A stretch of 64,000 nucleotides of DNA, from assembly GCA_963761055.1 (NCBI GenBank), contig CAVXFO010000007.1, positions 147,287-211,286 on the forward strand, written 5' to 3'. The position numbers and the translations under genes were made by a program. The stretch is from an uncultured Actinomycetes bacterium. Lineage in GTDB: Bacteria; Actinomycetota; Acidimicrobiia; IMCC26256; PALSA-610. Each line of letters opens with the position of its first letter. The first letter of the stretch is position 1. A model generated the notes under the pieces. It had not been told where the DNA came from, searched no databases, and was given only the letters and a program-made list of their open reading frames with translations. This document shows positions 31,573 to 43,236 of this stretch, piece by piece.

Positions 31573-32135
31573 ACTGCTCATCACCGGCATCGGAGGGCAG
31601 GGCGTCCAGCTCTGCGCCCAGGTACTGGCGCGCGCCGCGACCCTCGAAGGCCGCGAGGTCATGTACCTCGGGCTGTACGGCGGCATGATGCGGGGCGGGA
31701 ACACCGACAGCACGGTTGTCGTCGCCGACGCGCCGATCCTCGCGCCACCGGTCGTGTCGCGTGCGTGGTCGGCGATCGCGATGCACGACGACTACTGGCC
31801 CGACGTCTCCGCCAAGCTGCGGCCGGGCGCGCTCGTCCTCGTCAACGACACCACGTTCACGAGCGACACGCGCGACGACGTCGTCGTACACCGGGTGCCG
31901 GCGACCACGGTTGCCGCCGACCTCGGCAGCCCCTTGTCGGGCTCCATGGTGATGCTCGGCGCGTTCTGCACCACCACCGGCATCGTCTCGGAGGACGCGC
32001 TCGATCTCGGCGATGCGAGCATCGATCCCGCCGTACCGCACCCAACACATCGAAGCCAACGCACGCGCACTGCGAGCGGGCGCCAAACTCCTGCCCGCAG
32101 GCGAGTTCCCGGCCTGGGAGACCGCGAATGTCTGA
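31562..32135 (+). CDS. 2-oxoacid:ferredoxin oxidoreductase gamma subunit (frameshift near 32010)
   Basis: ITGIGGQGVQ, YGGMMRGG, SMVMLGA; C-terminal EANARALRAG in another frame. Confidence 0.88.
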
Positions 32136-32172
32136 GTCGGCAATGTCTGAGTCGGCAATGTCTGAGTCCGGC
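32127..32172 (+). repeat. 3 x 15-bp tandem repeat at the gamma/delta junction
   Basis: AATGTCTGAGTCGGC twice, then AATGTCTGAGTCCGGC; encodes MSESA-MSESA-MSESG. Confidence 0.92.
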
Positions 32173-32430
32173 AACAGCATCAAGAGCCGCGGCACCGTCA
32201 CGATCGACATCGCGCACTGCAAGGGCTGCGATCTCTGCATCCCCGCGTGCCCGCCAGGTGTCCTGGCGATGACGACGACCGACGTGAACCACATGGGATA
32301 CCCGTACCCGCAGCTGTCGCCGGGTTGCACCGGCTGCGGCGCTTGCCTGTACGTGTGCCCCGACTTCGTGTTCGAGGTGTACCGCTTCGAGCAGCCCGTC
32401 GTCACCGAGATCGCAGGAGCCGCGCGATGA
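32128..32430 (+). CDS. 2[4Fe-4S] ferredoxin, delta subunit
   Basis: CKGCDLCIPACP and CTGCGACLYVCPD. Confidence 0.92.
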   Translation: MSESAMSESAMSESGNSIKSRGTVTIDIAHCKGCDLCIPACPPGVLAMTTTDVNHMGYPYPQLSPGCTGCGACLYVCPDFVFEVYRFEQPVVTEIAGAAR

Positions 32431-33594
32431 CCGCCACGAAAACCGCCACTCCGGCCGGCACCGAACGGGTCCTGATGGAAGGGTCCGAGGCCCTGGTGCG
32501 CGCCGCCATCGCCGCGGGCTGCCGCTTCTTCGCGGGTTACCCGATGACGCCGTTCACCGAGGTGCTCGAGAACTTCGCACGTCTACTTCCCGACGAAGGC
32601 GGCGTCTGCATCAATGCCGAGTCGGAGCTCGAAGCGGTCGGCATGGCGTGGGGTGCCCTCGCCACCGGCGCCCGAGCCGCGACCGGGTCGACGGGCCAGG
32701 GCCTTTCGCTGATGCAAGAGTCGTTCTCCGAGATCACGCTCGCCGAACTGCCGCTCGTGATCTTCAACATGGCGCGCGGCCAGCAGGACTACTTCCAGGC
32801 CACGCGCTGGCGGAGGGCACGGCGACTACCGCCACATCGTGCTCGCACCTCAGGACGTGCGCGAGGGCGTCGAGCACGTGCAGCTCGCGTTTCATCTCGC
32901 CGACAAGTGGCGCAATCCGGTGCTCGTGTACGGCGACTATCTCCTCGCGCACACGCAGGAGGCGATCTCGGTCGACCCGATCGTGTATCCGGATCTACCG
33001 AAGAAGGACTGGGCGGTCGACGGCTCGACGACGGGGAGCGGGAGGAGTCGGGACGTGACTCCGCTGGGTGTCGCCAAGACCGGCCAAACCGCGATGGGAC
33101 AAGAAGGTAAGGCTCAGTACATTGCCACCAAGATCCCGCTCATGGAACGTGAGGTCCGGTTCGAGCACGACTACTGCGACGACGCGGAGACGATCATCGT
33201 CGCGTTCGGTTCGCCCGCGAAATTCGTGAAGTATGCGATCAGGCAGCTCCGGGAGGCCGGTCACAAGATCGGATACCTGCGCCCGATCACGCTCTGGCCG
33301 TTCCCGTACGCGGCGTTGGCCGACGTCGCGAGCGGAGCGAGCGTGCAGCGCGTCGGGAGCTTCGAGCTGTCGGCGGGCCAGCTCGTGGAAGACGTGCGAA
33401 TCGGCGTCGCCGGTCGGGCGCCGGTCACCTACATCGGCGGCGTCTCGACCGACGGATCGGGATTCGGCGTGGGTCGCATCCTCGACGTCGAGGTGATCTC
33501 CGCGCGCATCCTCGCGCTGCACGAAGACCGTGAGCTTCCGCTCGTCCCCGGCTACGAGCTCCACTCGTACCAGATCCAGGAGCACCAAAAGTGA
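32427..33594 (+). CDS. 2-oxoacid:ferredoxin oxidoreductase alpha subunit (frameshift near 32808)
   Basis: FFAGYPMTPFTE, AESELEA, GQGLSLMQE, GGGHGDY, LRPITLWPFP, ELSAGQ. Confidence 0.9.
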
Positions 33595-34460
33595 CGATCA
33601 TCGACACGTCGAAAGCTCCGATCGTTCCGGCCCGTAAGGTCGAACAACTCAAGCCCGATCTCCTGCTCACGCAGGAGCACCACATGTGCCCGGGCTGCGG
33701 TGAGCCCCTTGCGGTGCGCCAGTTCCTCGAGTGCATCGAGGAGCTCGGCGTCGGGAACCGCTCGATCGCGGTCGCGGGCATCGGCTGCTACACGTCGTTC
33801 GCGGGCACGATGGACGTCGAGCTCGTCCAGGCGCTGCATGGTCGTGCTCCCTCGGTGGCGACGGGCGTCAAGCGCATGCTGGCCGACTCGCTCGTGTTCA
33901 CGCTGCAGGGCGACGGCGACATGGTCAACGAGGGGCTGCAAGAGGTGCTGCACACCGCGGCGCGCGGCGAGAAGGTCACGTGCATCTTGTTGAACAACGG
34001 GGTGTTCGGCGAGACGGGCGGTCACATGACGGCAACCAGCGTGATCGGTCAGCGCACCAAGAACTCGCTCGAAGGTCGCGACGCCGAGTACCACGGCTAC
34101 CCGATCCTGATCGGCGACCTGATCGCACAGCTCCAGGGCGCTTCGTACGTGGCGCGCGGCTCGGTGCACAACGCCGGTTCGGTCGCGCGTACCCGCAAGA
34201 TGTTCAAGCGGGCGTTCGAGTCGCAGCTCCGGGGCGAGGGGTTCACCTTCGTCGAGGTGCTGACGATGTGTCCGACCGGATGGTTCGTACCGGCCGCCGA
34301 CGGCCCGGAGTACATGCAGGAGACGCTCGGAGAAGTGCACATCATGGGTGAGCTCAAGGTCGACGGACATGTCCGCACCACCGAGGAGCTACACGCCGAG
34401 AACGTCGCCAGACAACGCGAGCTCGACGAGCAGCTCGCCCGCGGCGGGATCGAGAGATAA
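33591..34460 (+). CDS. 2-oxoacid:ferredoxin oxidoreductase beta subunit (TPP-binding)
   Basis: MCPGCG, GIGC, HGRAPSVATG, QGDGD...NN, MCPTGW. Confidence 0.93.
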   Translation: MTIIDTSKAPIVPARKVEQLKPDLLLTQEHHMCPGCGEPLAVRQFLECIEELGVGNRSIAVAGIGCYTSFAGTMDVELVQALHGRAPSVATGVKRMLADSLVFTLQGDGDMVNEGLQEVLHTAARGEKVTCILLNNGVFGETGGHMTATSVIGQRTKNSLEGRDAEYHGYPILIGDLIAQLQGASYVARGSVHNAGSVARTRKMFKRAFESQLRGEGFTFVEVLTMCPTGWFVPAADGPEYMQETLGEVHIMGELKVDGHVRTTEELHAENVARQRELDEQLARGGIER

Positions 34461-34462
34461 CA

Positions 34463-35632
34463 GTGGACTTTCGTTGTCCCGCCGAGGCCGAGGCGTTCCG
34501 CAAAGAGTTCCGGGCCTGGCTCGACGCCAACCTGCCGCCGGAGCTCGCAGGCGACGGCCTGGGCGGCATGTCCTTCGACTTCGGCGGGGAGCGCCTCGAA
34601 GAACTGCGGGCCTGGAACCGCACGCTCGCCGATGCCCGCTTCGCCGCCATCGCGTGGCCCGAGGAATGGGGTGGCCGAGGCGCGGGTGTGATGGAGCAGG
34701 TCGTGTACGCCGAAGAGATGCACCGCGCCCACGCTCCGGGCACGCTCAACCCGATCGGCCTGTCGAACATCGCGCCCGCGATCATCGAACACGGCACCGA
34801 GGAACAGAAGGCGGATCTCCTCCCCCGGATGCTGCGGGGCGACGACATCTGGTGCCAGGGCTTCTCCGAACCCAACGCCGGGTCTGACCTCGCGTCGCTG
34901 CGGTGCTCGGCCGTGCTCGACGGCGACAGCTGGATCGTCAACGGGCAGAAGACGTGGAACACACTCGGCAACCTCGCGAACTGGTGCGAGCTGCTCGTCC
35001 GTACCGACACCAGCGCGCCGAAGCACAACGGCATCACGTGCCTGCTCGTCGACATGACGTTGCCGGGGGTCGAAGTCCGACCGCTGGAAACGATCACCGG
35101 CGAGAAGGATTTCAACGAGATCTTCTTCACCGACGTGCGCGTCCCCGTCGCCGCGACCCTCGGCCCGGTCAACGAGGGCTGGCGCGTCGCCATGACCACG
35201 CTCGCGTACGAACGGGGTACGGTCGCCAAACTCCATCTCGGCACCCGTTCGAAGATCAGACGCCTGATCGACGAGGCAAAGCGCACTCCCATGGGTGACG
35301 GCACCCCGCGAGCGACGATCCCGTGATCCGCCAACACGTTGCGCGCGTCTACATGGAAGGCGAGCTGCTCAAGCTGATCTCCGAGCGTGCGCTCTCGGCC
35401 GAACTGCACGGGCGCGCTATGGGTCCGGAGGGCAGCATCGCCAAGCTGCTGTGGAGCGACGCCGAACAGCACATCACCGAGGTTGCGACCGAAGTCCTCG
35501 GCCCGGACGGACTGACCGGGCCGTGGGCACGCGATCGCGTTTACAGCCGCGCGCTCGACGATCGTGGGCGGCACGACCCAGGTCAACAAGAACATTGTCG
35601 CTCAGCGCATTCTGGGGCTTCCCCGCAGTTAG
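34463..35632 (+). CDS. Acyl-CoA dehydrogenase (frameshifts near 35305 and 35560)
   Basis: WPEEWGG, WCQGFSEPNAGSDLA, NGQKTW, FNEIFF, TTLAYER, SIAKL, GGTTQVNKNIVAQRILGLP. Confidence 0.92.
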
Positions 35633-35679
35633 CCGGGCCGCGACCTCCGGCGAACCGATCCCGGGCGTAGCGGAGCGAA

Positions 35680-36724
35680 TCAGACCGAGACGGAGCCGGA
35701 GCCGTTGGTCGTCGGCAAGGTCTCTCCCGGCGCGAGCGGGAAGTGACACGCCACGAACTGACCGCCGCCGACGAGACGCACCTGGGGCTCTTCGTCGGCG
35801 CACTTGGGTTGCGCCTTCGGGCATCGGGTGCGGAAGCGACATCCAGACGGAGGCGCCACCGGCGACGGGATCTCTCCGATCACCTTCGCCCGCGCGTCGG
35901 GTCGAACGCTCGGATCCGGCACCGGGATCGCGTCGAGGAGCACGCGTGTGTAGGGGTGCGCGGGCTGCTGGTAGAGGACGTCGGGCGTGCCGACCTCGCA
36001 GATCTTGCCGAGGTACATCACGACGACCCGGTCGCTGACGTTCTTCACGACCGCGAGATCGTGCGCGATGAAGATAAGTGTCAGCCCGTAGCGCGCCTTC
36101 ATCTCTTCGAGGAGGTTCAGGATCTGCGCTTGAACGGAGACGTCGAGCGCGGAGACGGGCTCGTCGCAGATGATGAGCTTGGGTTCGGTGATGACCGCGC
36201 GCGGCGATGGAGATGCGCTGACACTGCCCGCCGGAGAACTGATGCGGCCGGCGGCCGCGCTGCAGCATCGGATCGAGGCCGACCGCCAACATCATGTCGT
36301 CGACCTTCTTTTGCTGCTCGGCCGAAGTGCCGACCTTCCAGATGCGCAAACCCTCGGCAATGATGTCCTCGACCTTCCGCCGTGGGTTCAGCGACGAGAT
36401 CGGGTCCTGGAAGATCATCTTCATCGCGGTACGGGTCCGCCGGAGCTCCGCGCCGGACAGCTTCGACATGTCGCGACCCGCGAACACGACCTGGCCCGAC
36501 TTCGGCGGCGGCAACTGCATGATGGCCTTGCCGGTCGTCGACTTTCCGCAGCCCGACTCGCCGACGAGGCCGAGGGTCTCGCCCTCCTTCACGTCGAGAC
36601 TGATGTTCGAGACCGCGTGCACCTTCAAGCCGCTGTGACCGGCAGGGAACTCGACCACGAGATCCTCGACTCGGAGCAGCGCCTCGTCCGGTGGACGTAG
36701 GTGCGCGGTACCGGTACCCGCCAT
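35680..36724 (-). CDS. Oligopeptide-type ABC ATPase, OppF-like (frameshift near 36200)
   Basis: [40 protein letters not shown]. Confidence 0.92.
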
Positions 36725-37860
36725 TAGGCCGTCACCCCGGTGAGCACAGCCGCGCCCTCCCTGCGTACCGGGAGTCCCGTCGCCGTCTCTCCGGCCGCGA
36801 GGTTCCGTGTCAGCGCGTCGGTACCCGCCTGACTCCCGACCGGGAAGAAACAGCGGAACGCATGGCCGGGAATGTCGGTATCGACGAGCGGCGGCTCGTC
36901 GGCGAGGCACTTGGCCTGGGCGTACGGGCACCGCGGCGCGAACTTGCAGCCGCTCGGCGGCTTCACGAGGTCGGGCGGACGGCCGGCGATCGCGTCGAGC
37001 TTGGAGTGGCTGGGCATCCCGAGCTTCGGGATCGACTTGAGCAACGCCTCGGTGTACGGGTGACGGGTGTGAGCGAACAGCGACCGGGTCGGCGCGCGCT
37101 CGACGATCCGCCCCGCGTACATGACTGCGATGTCGTCGGTCCGCCCCGCGACGACGCCGAGGTCGTGCGTGACCAGCAGCATCGCCATGAAGCGGTCACG
37201 TTGCTGCTGCTGCAACAGGTCGAGGATCTGCGCCTGCACGGTCACGTCGAGCGCGGTGGTCGGTTCATCCGCGAACAGCAACTTGGGGCCGCACGCGAGC
37301 GCGATGGCGATCATCACGCGCTGGCGCATACCGCCGGACAGTTGGTGCGGGTACTCGCGGAGTCGCCGCTCGGCCTCGGGGATGCCGACGGACTGCAGGA
37401 GCGCGAGCGCCGTCTCCTCGGCGTAGTCCTTGGTGACGTCGAAGTGGAACCGCAAGGACTCCATGACCTGATTTCCAACTCGCATGACCGGATTGAGGGA
37501 GGTCATGGGATCCTGGAAGACCATCGACATCTGCGTGCCCCAGTAGTGCCGCATGTCGTCGCTCGAAGCGTCGCCGATCTCGTGGCCTTCGAACCGGATG
37601 CTCCCGTAGCGCACGACGTTGCCCGGGAGTAGGCCCATGATCGAGCGGGACAGAACGGACTTGCCACAACCCGACTCGCCCACGATCCCGATCGTCTTCC
37701 CCCGTTCCAGCGCGAACGAGACGCCGTCGACGGCGTGTACGAGACCACGCGGCGTCTTGAACTGCGTCTTCACCTCGTCGACCTCGAGGAGCGGGCCGTC
37801 GAGGGGTGCGTCGGCAAAGCGTTCCGATCCCGGTACGCCTGCACGCTTGTGGCGTCTCAC
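36724..37860 (-). CDS. Oligopeptide-type ABC ATPase, OppD-like
   Basis: [42 protein letters not shown]. Confidence 0.95.
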   Translation of the reverse strand: MRRHKRAGVPGSERFADAPLDGPLLEVDEVKTQFKTPRGLVHAVDGVSFALERGKTIGIVGESGCGKSVLSRSIMGLLPGNVVRYGSIRFEGHEIGDASSDDMRHYWGTQMSMVFQDPMTSLNPVMRVGNQVMESLRFHFDVTKDYAEETALALLQSVGIPEAERRLREYPHQLSGGMRQRVMIAIALACGPKLLFADEPTTALDVTVQAQILDLLQQQQRDRFMAMLLVTHDLGVVAGRTDDIAVMYAGRIVERAPTRSLFAHTRHPYTEALLKSIPKLGMPSHSKLDAIAGRPPDLVKPPSGCKFAPRCPYAQAKCLADEPPLVDTDIPGHAFRCFFPVGSQAGTDALTRNLAAGETATGLPVRREGAAVLTGVTA

Positions 37861-38852
37861 AGCACGCTCTCCCGCACATCGAACTTCGCCCGGATCACGT
37901 CACCGAGATAGTTGAGCGCGATGACGGTGAAGAAGATGAGGAACGACGGGGTGAGCCACACCCACGACGCCGTGTCGAGACTCCCTAGCTGGGAGTTGAT
38001 CATGTTCCCCCACGAGGGATTTGGTTCAGGGATGCTGAGGCCGAAGATCGCAAGCGCGCCTTCGAGCACGATCACGATGGCAACACTGAGCAATGCGATG
38101 GACATCATCGCGGGCAAGACGTTGGGGAGAACCTCCCGGAACATGACGCGCGCGCTCGTCGCACCCTGCGCTCTCGCCGCCATGACGAACTCGCGTTCGG
38201 ACCATGCGAGCGCGTTCGCGCGCGTGATGCGCGCGAGTATCGGTATCGAGATGATGCCGACCGCGATGATCACCACGGTCAGTCGATGTCCGTACTTCGC
38301 GCCGCCCGATTGATCGCCCGGAGCGAACACGGCGACGAGGACGAGCGCAAGTATCAACTGCGGGAACGCAAGGATGATGTTGAAACAGGCGCTGAGAATC
38401 GCGTCGGTTCGCCCGCCGACGTAACCCGCGATGAGACCTACGAGACCACCGACAACAGTGCCGATGAGGATCGAACCCAGTCCGATGAGCAACGATGACC
38501 GGGCGCCCCAGATCGCACGACTCAACACGTCACGGCCACCGCTGTCGTCGGTGCCGAGGAGGTGGCCCGCGGTGAACGGACCAACCTTCGTGTGCGCGTA
38601 GTCGACTCCGAAGAGGGGATCCTTCAGCGGGAGCAGCGGCGCAAGGATCGCGAGCAGGGCGATGAGAACGAGCCACCCGATCGCGATCCAGGCGAAGAGT
38701 CCGATTCCCCGCTTCTGATATTCCTCTTCGGGTTCCTCGGCCAGCGCGCCGACCCAAGTCGCGTCGGCATCGGCCTCTGCACTCGACGACGGCTTAGCGG
38801 ACTCGAGCACTTCGGATCCTTGGGTCCAAGACGCTGTAGAGAATATCGACAC
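37857..38852 (-). CDS. Oligopeptide-type ABC permease, OppC-like
   Basis: HLLGTD..GRD, EFVMAARAQGA, PSWGNM. Confidence 0.92.
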   Translation of the reverse strand: MSIFSTASWTQGSEVLESAKPSSSAEADADATWVGALAEEPEEEYQKRGIGLFAWIAIGWLVLIALLAILAPLLPLKDPLFGVDYAHTKVGPFTAGHLLGTDDSGGRDVLSRAIWGARSSLLIGLGSILIGTVVGGLVGLIAGYVGGRTDAILSACFNIILAFPQLILALVLVAVFAPGDQSGGAKYGHRLTVVIIAVGIISIPILARITRANALAWSEREFVMAARAQGATSARVMFREVLPNVLPAMMSIALLSVAIVIVLEGALAIFGLSIPEPNPSWGNMINSQLGSLDTASWVWLTPSFLIFFTVIALNYLGDVIRAKFDVRESVL

Positions 38853-39753
38853 CGAAGTTCACCAGGACGTACACAACTGCGACGACCACGACGAAGCCTT
38901 GCAGGGCCACGTACTGCCGACGGGCGATCGCATCGTAAATCGCGGATCCGATCCCGTTGATGCCGAAGATGCGCTCGACGATGAGCGCGCCGCTGATGAG
39001 CGTTCCTACGTTGAGGCCCGCCACCGTGAGGAGCGTGAGACTCGACGGCCGTAGCGCGTGCCGCCAAAGGATCCGACGGTCACTGATGCCCTTGCTCTTC
39101 GCCATCAAGATGTAGTCCTCTTGCAGCGTCGCGACCATGTCACTTCGCAACAGGCGCGAGTAGACCGCGATCTGTCCGGCGCCGATGGCGATCACGGGCA
39201 TGATGACGTGCTTGAAATGGGTTACCGGACCGTTCCCGAAGGCAACCCATCCGGACGACGGCAACAACTGCCATTTCACGGCGACGAAGAGGATCAACAC
39301 GGTACTGATCACGTAGACGGGGAGGCTGAGGAGCATGAACGCGGCCGCGTTCGAGAAATCATCGACGCGAGAGCCGGCCCGATAGGCGGTGAACACACCG
39401 AGCGGTATTGCGATCAGCAACGTCAGTATCTGCACGTACAACATCAGGAGCAGCGACCGTGGGGTCGTGTCCTTGATCCGGTTCCATACCGCTTCGCCCT
39501 GGACACCCGCGCCGGCGTAGTAGCGGCCCAGGTTGCCGTGCGACGCGTCAGAGAGCCACTGGCCGTAGCGCACCACGACGTTCTCGTCGAGGTGGAGGTT
39601 CTGGCGAAGCTGCGCCCGTTGCTGGGTCGTCGCGAACGGTGCGATCGTCGTTGTCGGATCTCCGGGCAGGAGCGCGGTCAGCAATGACGTGAAGAACGTG
39701 ACGACCACAAGGACGACGACAAGCTGAATCAGCCGCCTGATGGTCGCACGCAC
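38794..39753 (-). CDS. Oligopeptide-type ABC permease, OppB-like
   Basis: LPGDP, DYILMAKSKG, HALR, IVERIF. Confidence 0.92.
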   Translation of the reverse strand: MRATIRRLIQLVVVLVVVTFFTSLLTALLPGDPTTTIAPFATTQQRAQLRQNLHLDENVVVRYGQWLSDASHGNLGRYYAGAGVQGEAVWNRIKDTTPRSLLLMLYVQILTLLIAIPLGVFTAYRAGSRVDDFSNAAAFMLLSLPVYVISTVLILFVAVKWQLLPSSGWVAFGNGPVTHFKHVIMPVIAIGAGQIAVYSRLLRSDMVATLQEDYILMAKSKGISDRRILWRHALRPSSLTLLTVAGLNVGTLISGALIVERIFGINGIGSAIYDAIARRQYVALQGFVVVVAVVYVLVNFGVDILYSVLDPRIRSARVR

Positions 39754-39797
39754 TCAGCCTTCCTCCGCTCCCGGCCCGGACCTGCTTGGTACGCCCG

Positions 39798-41549
39798 TCA
39801 GCATTTCCCGTTGTCGCACCACAACCCGTCGACGGGATGACCCGTAGGCAACCCCGTGAAGGGCTTCGAACCATCGGGAAGGTCGGGTCCGAGAATGCCA
39901 TGCACCGTCGGCTTGAACGCCACCGTCCACAGCACCCACTGGCCCCAGCCGTTCCAGAGCTGCTTGGCGAATTCCCGGTTGAGATCCTCGTAGTAGCTCA
40001 CCCGCTTGGCGGGGTCGAGCGACGTGCGGCCGAGCTCGAGGTCCTTGTTGATGACCGGGTCGTTGAAACCGCCGAAGTTGACCGGGTTGTCGCACGGGGC
40101 GGCGCCGTTGGGATCGGTACCGGCCGGCGGCGAGTTGTCGCAGTGCCACCACACGTACTGCGTGTCGGGATCTGCACCCGGGTGGTTGCGCCACAACGCC
40201 GCCTGGAACCCGCGGGCAATGGCAAGGTTGATCAACGTGCTCTGGTCGGCGACGGGGTTGAGGCTCACCTTGATACCGGCGGTGTTGAGCATCTGTTGCA
40301 AGAGCTCGGCCGTCTTCGTCGTCGTGCTGTCGGTGGTGTGGGTCAGCGTGAACGTCAGCGCCTTCCCGGTCTCTTGCTTGTACTGCGCCGCGAACTGGCG
40401 CGCCTTGGTGAGGTCGGCGTGCGCAGGCAAGCCCGTGTCGGCGAGGTAGCCCGGGTTGCCGGGCGGGAACGGCCCCGACGCGTTGGTCAGCAGGTTGTCG
40501 TTGCGCAGCCGGTTGACGGTGTCCCGGTCGATCGCCCACGAGAAGGCTTCACGCGCCGAGAGATGGTTGAAGGGCTCCTTCGTCGCGTTGAACATCGTGT
40601 AACCGACCTCGGTGAACTTGTCGGACTCGACGTCCTTCAGCTTGCCGGCCTTGATGTCGTTGCGGATCGTCTGGATGTCCTGGGGGGTGTCCAGGTGGGT
40701 CATCGTGTAGTCGCCCGCCTCGAGGTTCTGCACTCGCGTCGGCGAGTCCTCCTTCGGGACGAACGTGATCTGGTCGAGATAGGGCAGCTGGTTGCCGGCC
40801 TTGTCCTTGCGCCAGTAGTGCGGGTTCTTCTTGGCGACGAACTTGTCGTTGACGACCCATGAGACCTTGGTGAACGGGCCGGTACCGATCATGTCGGTGT
40901 TGCAGTTCTTCGGGCTCCGGAGTTGCTTTTCGCCCATGATGCCCAGACGTCCACTGCTCCACAGGAACCACGGGAGGGCCGGCCAGGGTCGCGCGGTGGT
41001 CACCTGGACCGTGAGCGGACCGGTCGCCGCGACCGACTTGATGTCGGAGAAGACGAACGAGAACAGCAGCGGACTGCGGATGGGCTTCAGCGTGCCGCGG
41101 TAGGCGTCGAGATTGTCCTTGACCACGGTCGCGGTGAGGGGACTGCCGTCGGAGAACGTGACGCCGGAGCGCAGGTTGAAGGTCCAGACGGTCGCGTTCG
41201 CGTTGGACGAGAACGACTTGGCGAGGAACGGCTTGATCACGCCGTCGGCGTCCGGAGCGGTGAGGGTGTCGTAGATCGCTCGCGCGACCTGGATTCCGGC
41301 GATCGCGAGCTGGGCCTCCGCCAGGCAGAAGCCACCGGTCGTGTCGGCCTCGAGGCCGTACACCAACGAGCCACCCTCGACGGGCTTGGCGTTGTCGACG
41401 CCCCCGGTGACACCGGCCGTGGTAGCCGGACCGGCGTTCGTATTGGGAGTGGTCCCTTTCGAACTGCTCCCACACGCGGCCGCGATCACCGAGAGTGCGG
41501 CGATGACCGCAACTGCAGAGACCACGCGCGACCTGCGACTTCGTACCAC
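39798..41549 (-). CDS. Family 5 ABC substrate-binding lipoprotein
   Basis: Lipobox IAAAC; IYDTL, LRSGVTFSDG, IGTGPF, KNPHYW, PYLDQI. Confidence 0.92.
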   Translation of the reverse strand: MVRSRRSRVVSAVAVIAALSVIAAACGSSSKGTTPNTNAGPATTAGVTGGVDNAKPVEGGSLVYGLEADTTGGFCLAEAQLAIAGIQVARAIYDTLTAPDADGVIKPFLAKSFSSNANATVWTFNLRSGVTFSDGSPLTATVVKDNLDAYRGTLKPIRSPLLFSFVFSDIKSVAATGPLTVQVTTARPWPALPWFLWSSGRLGIMGEKQLRSPKNCNTDMIGTGPFTKVSWVVNDKFVAKKNPHYWRKDKAGNQLPYLDQITFVPKEDSPTRVQNLEAGDYTMTHLDTPQDIQTIRNDIKAGKLKDVESDKFTEVGYTMFNATKEPFNHLSAREAFSWAIDRDTVNRLRNDNLLTNASGPFPPGNPGYLADTGLPAHADLTKARQFAAQYKQETGKALTFTLTHTTDSTTTKTAELLQQMLNTAGIKVSLNPVADQSTLINLAIARGFQAALWRNHPGADPDTQYVWWHCDNSPPAGTDPNGAAPCDNPVNFGGFNDPVINKDLELGRTSLDPAKRVSYYEDLNREFAKQLWNGWGQWVLWTVAFKPTVHGILGPDLPDGSKPFTGLPTGHPVDGLWCDNGKC

Positions 41550-41704
41550 GGTTCCCCCCGATTCCAGCCGGAGCACGAGCCCCGATGCATCAGACCGATG
41601 TTGCGAATAGCTGCAAATACTGCCGAGTAGCGATCTGGCTCAACTGTGACCCAGGTCACACACGGGAGTGTAACGGTGGAAGCTACGGATGGCTTCGCAC
41701 CTTG

Positions 41705-43236
41705 TCAATCACGGCCCGCCCTCGGTGACACGCGGTTCACCACGGCGGGACCGAGGGGTCCGGCCACCGATTCGGAGCGCAAACGAACACGGGTTCCGAC
41801 GAACTCGTCGACCTCGGCTGCTGCGCAGACGCCCGCGTCACTCGTCGTGGCGTACGCCCGCGAACCGTCGGGCAGATCGCACACGAGGAGGGCCCGAACC
41901 TGCGTGCCGTCGCGGTCGTGGACGACCGAATACGCCGCGACCGTCGCGTCCCCGTCGTGGGCGACCACCACAGGACGAACGTCGGCGGCCGGAACCGGAT
42001 CCGGGGGCGTCAGGACGCCGGGCCGGCTCGAGTACACACCGAAGACGTGCTTGGTCATGTGCATGCCGACCCCGCTGACCAGGCCGAGTGCGCCCTCATC
42101 GCCCCGCGCAGCCGCTCGACCATCGCCGCAACCGAGTGGGTCAGGTACCCGCTCGCGGGGCCACCGTGGTATGCCAGGCCGCCGGTCACCGTCAGCCCGC
42201 GCGGATCGGTCGGCGCGATCCCGAGCGCGTCGACCGCGAAGTGCAACGAGCTCGGGAAACAGGAGTAGAGGTCGAAGTGCGCGACGTCGTCGACGTGCGC
42301 GCCCGCGCCCCGGAGCGCTCCCGTGGTCGCGGCGGCCATCGCGGGCGAGTAGCTGAGGTCGGGATGCGCGGCGACGAGGACCGGATCGAGCCCGTCGCAC
42401 CAACCACGCAGGTAGACACGACGATCCGTGGGGATCCCGAGCGCGTCGGCGCGATCGTGCGTCGAGATGATCAACGCCGCAGCCATGTCGACCTCCATGA
42501 CCGCGATCATGTACTTCGTGTACGGGTAGCCGACCATCCGGTTGTCGGGTGTCGGCGCCACGATCTCGTACGCGTCCCGCGGCGCGCGGAACCACGCGTG
42601 TGGATTCGCGGCCGCGACCTCGTTCATCGGCGCCAGCATCGCCCCGATTCCGAAGCGATAAGCGTCGAGGCCGATCCCGAGCCGGGCGCGACGCGCGTTG
42701 TCGAACAGCGCGAAGGTCAACCACGCCTGGAAGACCTCGTGCGCGACCTCGGTCGGGTTCGGCTCCGATTCCCATGGAAACGGACGCTTCTCCGCCGGCG
42801 GGTGGGAGTACGCAAACCTCTCGCCCCGCTTCTTGAACGACCGTTGGGTCGCGAGTGCTTCCGCGCTCGTGACCAGCGCAAGGTCGAGCTCACCGGCCAG
42901 CATGCGGGCCGCGGTTGCGTCCACGAGTTGCTGCGTGGTCGTGCCCCCGATACCGGAGTAGTGACGGTGCGCAGGATCAGCACCGAGCCGTTCCGCAAGT
43001 CGCGCGACCGGATCGTCGTACTGCCAGGTCTGGCAGTACACGATTTGCAGGCTCTCGAGCTGCTGCAGCAGCGCGGGCCGGCCCGCGTCGGCGGCCGCCG
43101 CTCGTGCGACCTCGTCCCACATTGCGAGCGGTTCGGGCGCTCCCTCGGCGCCGACCTCGTCGGGATGCCAGGTGCGTGCGGCCACGCCGACAATGCACGG
43201 CGCCCGCCCGTCGGCTTTCGCCGGGCGCGGAGGCAT
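41705..43236 (-). CDS. Thiolase-like (acetyl-CoA acetyltransferase family) protein (frameshift near 42100)
   Basis: SGIGG, DNRMVGYPYTK, VDMAAA, DLYSCFPS, TVTGGLAYHGGP. Confidence 0.85.
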
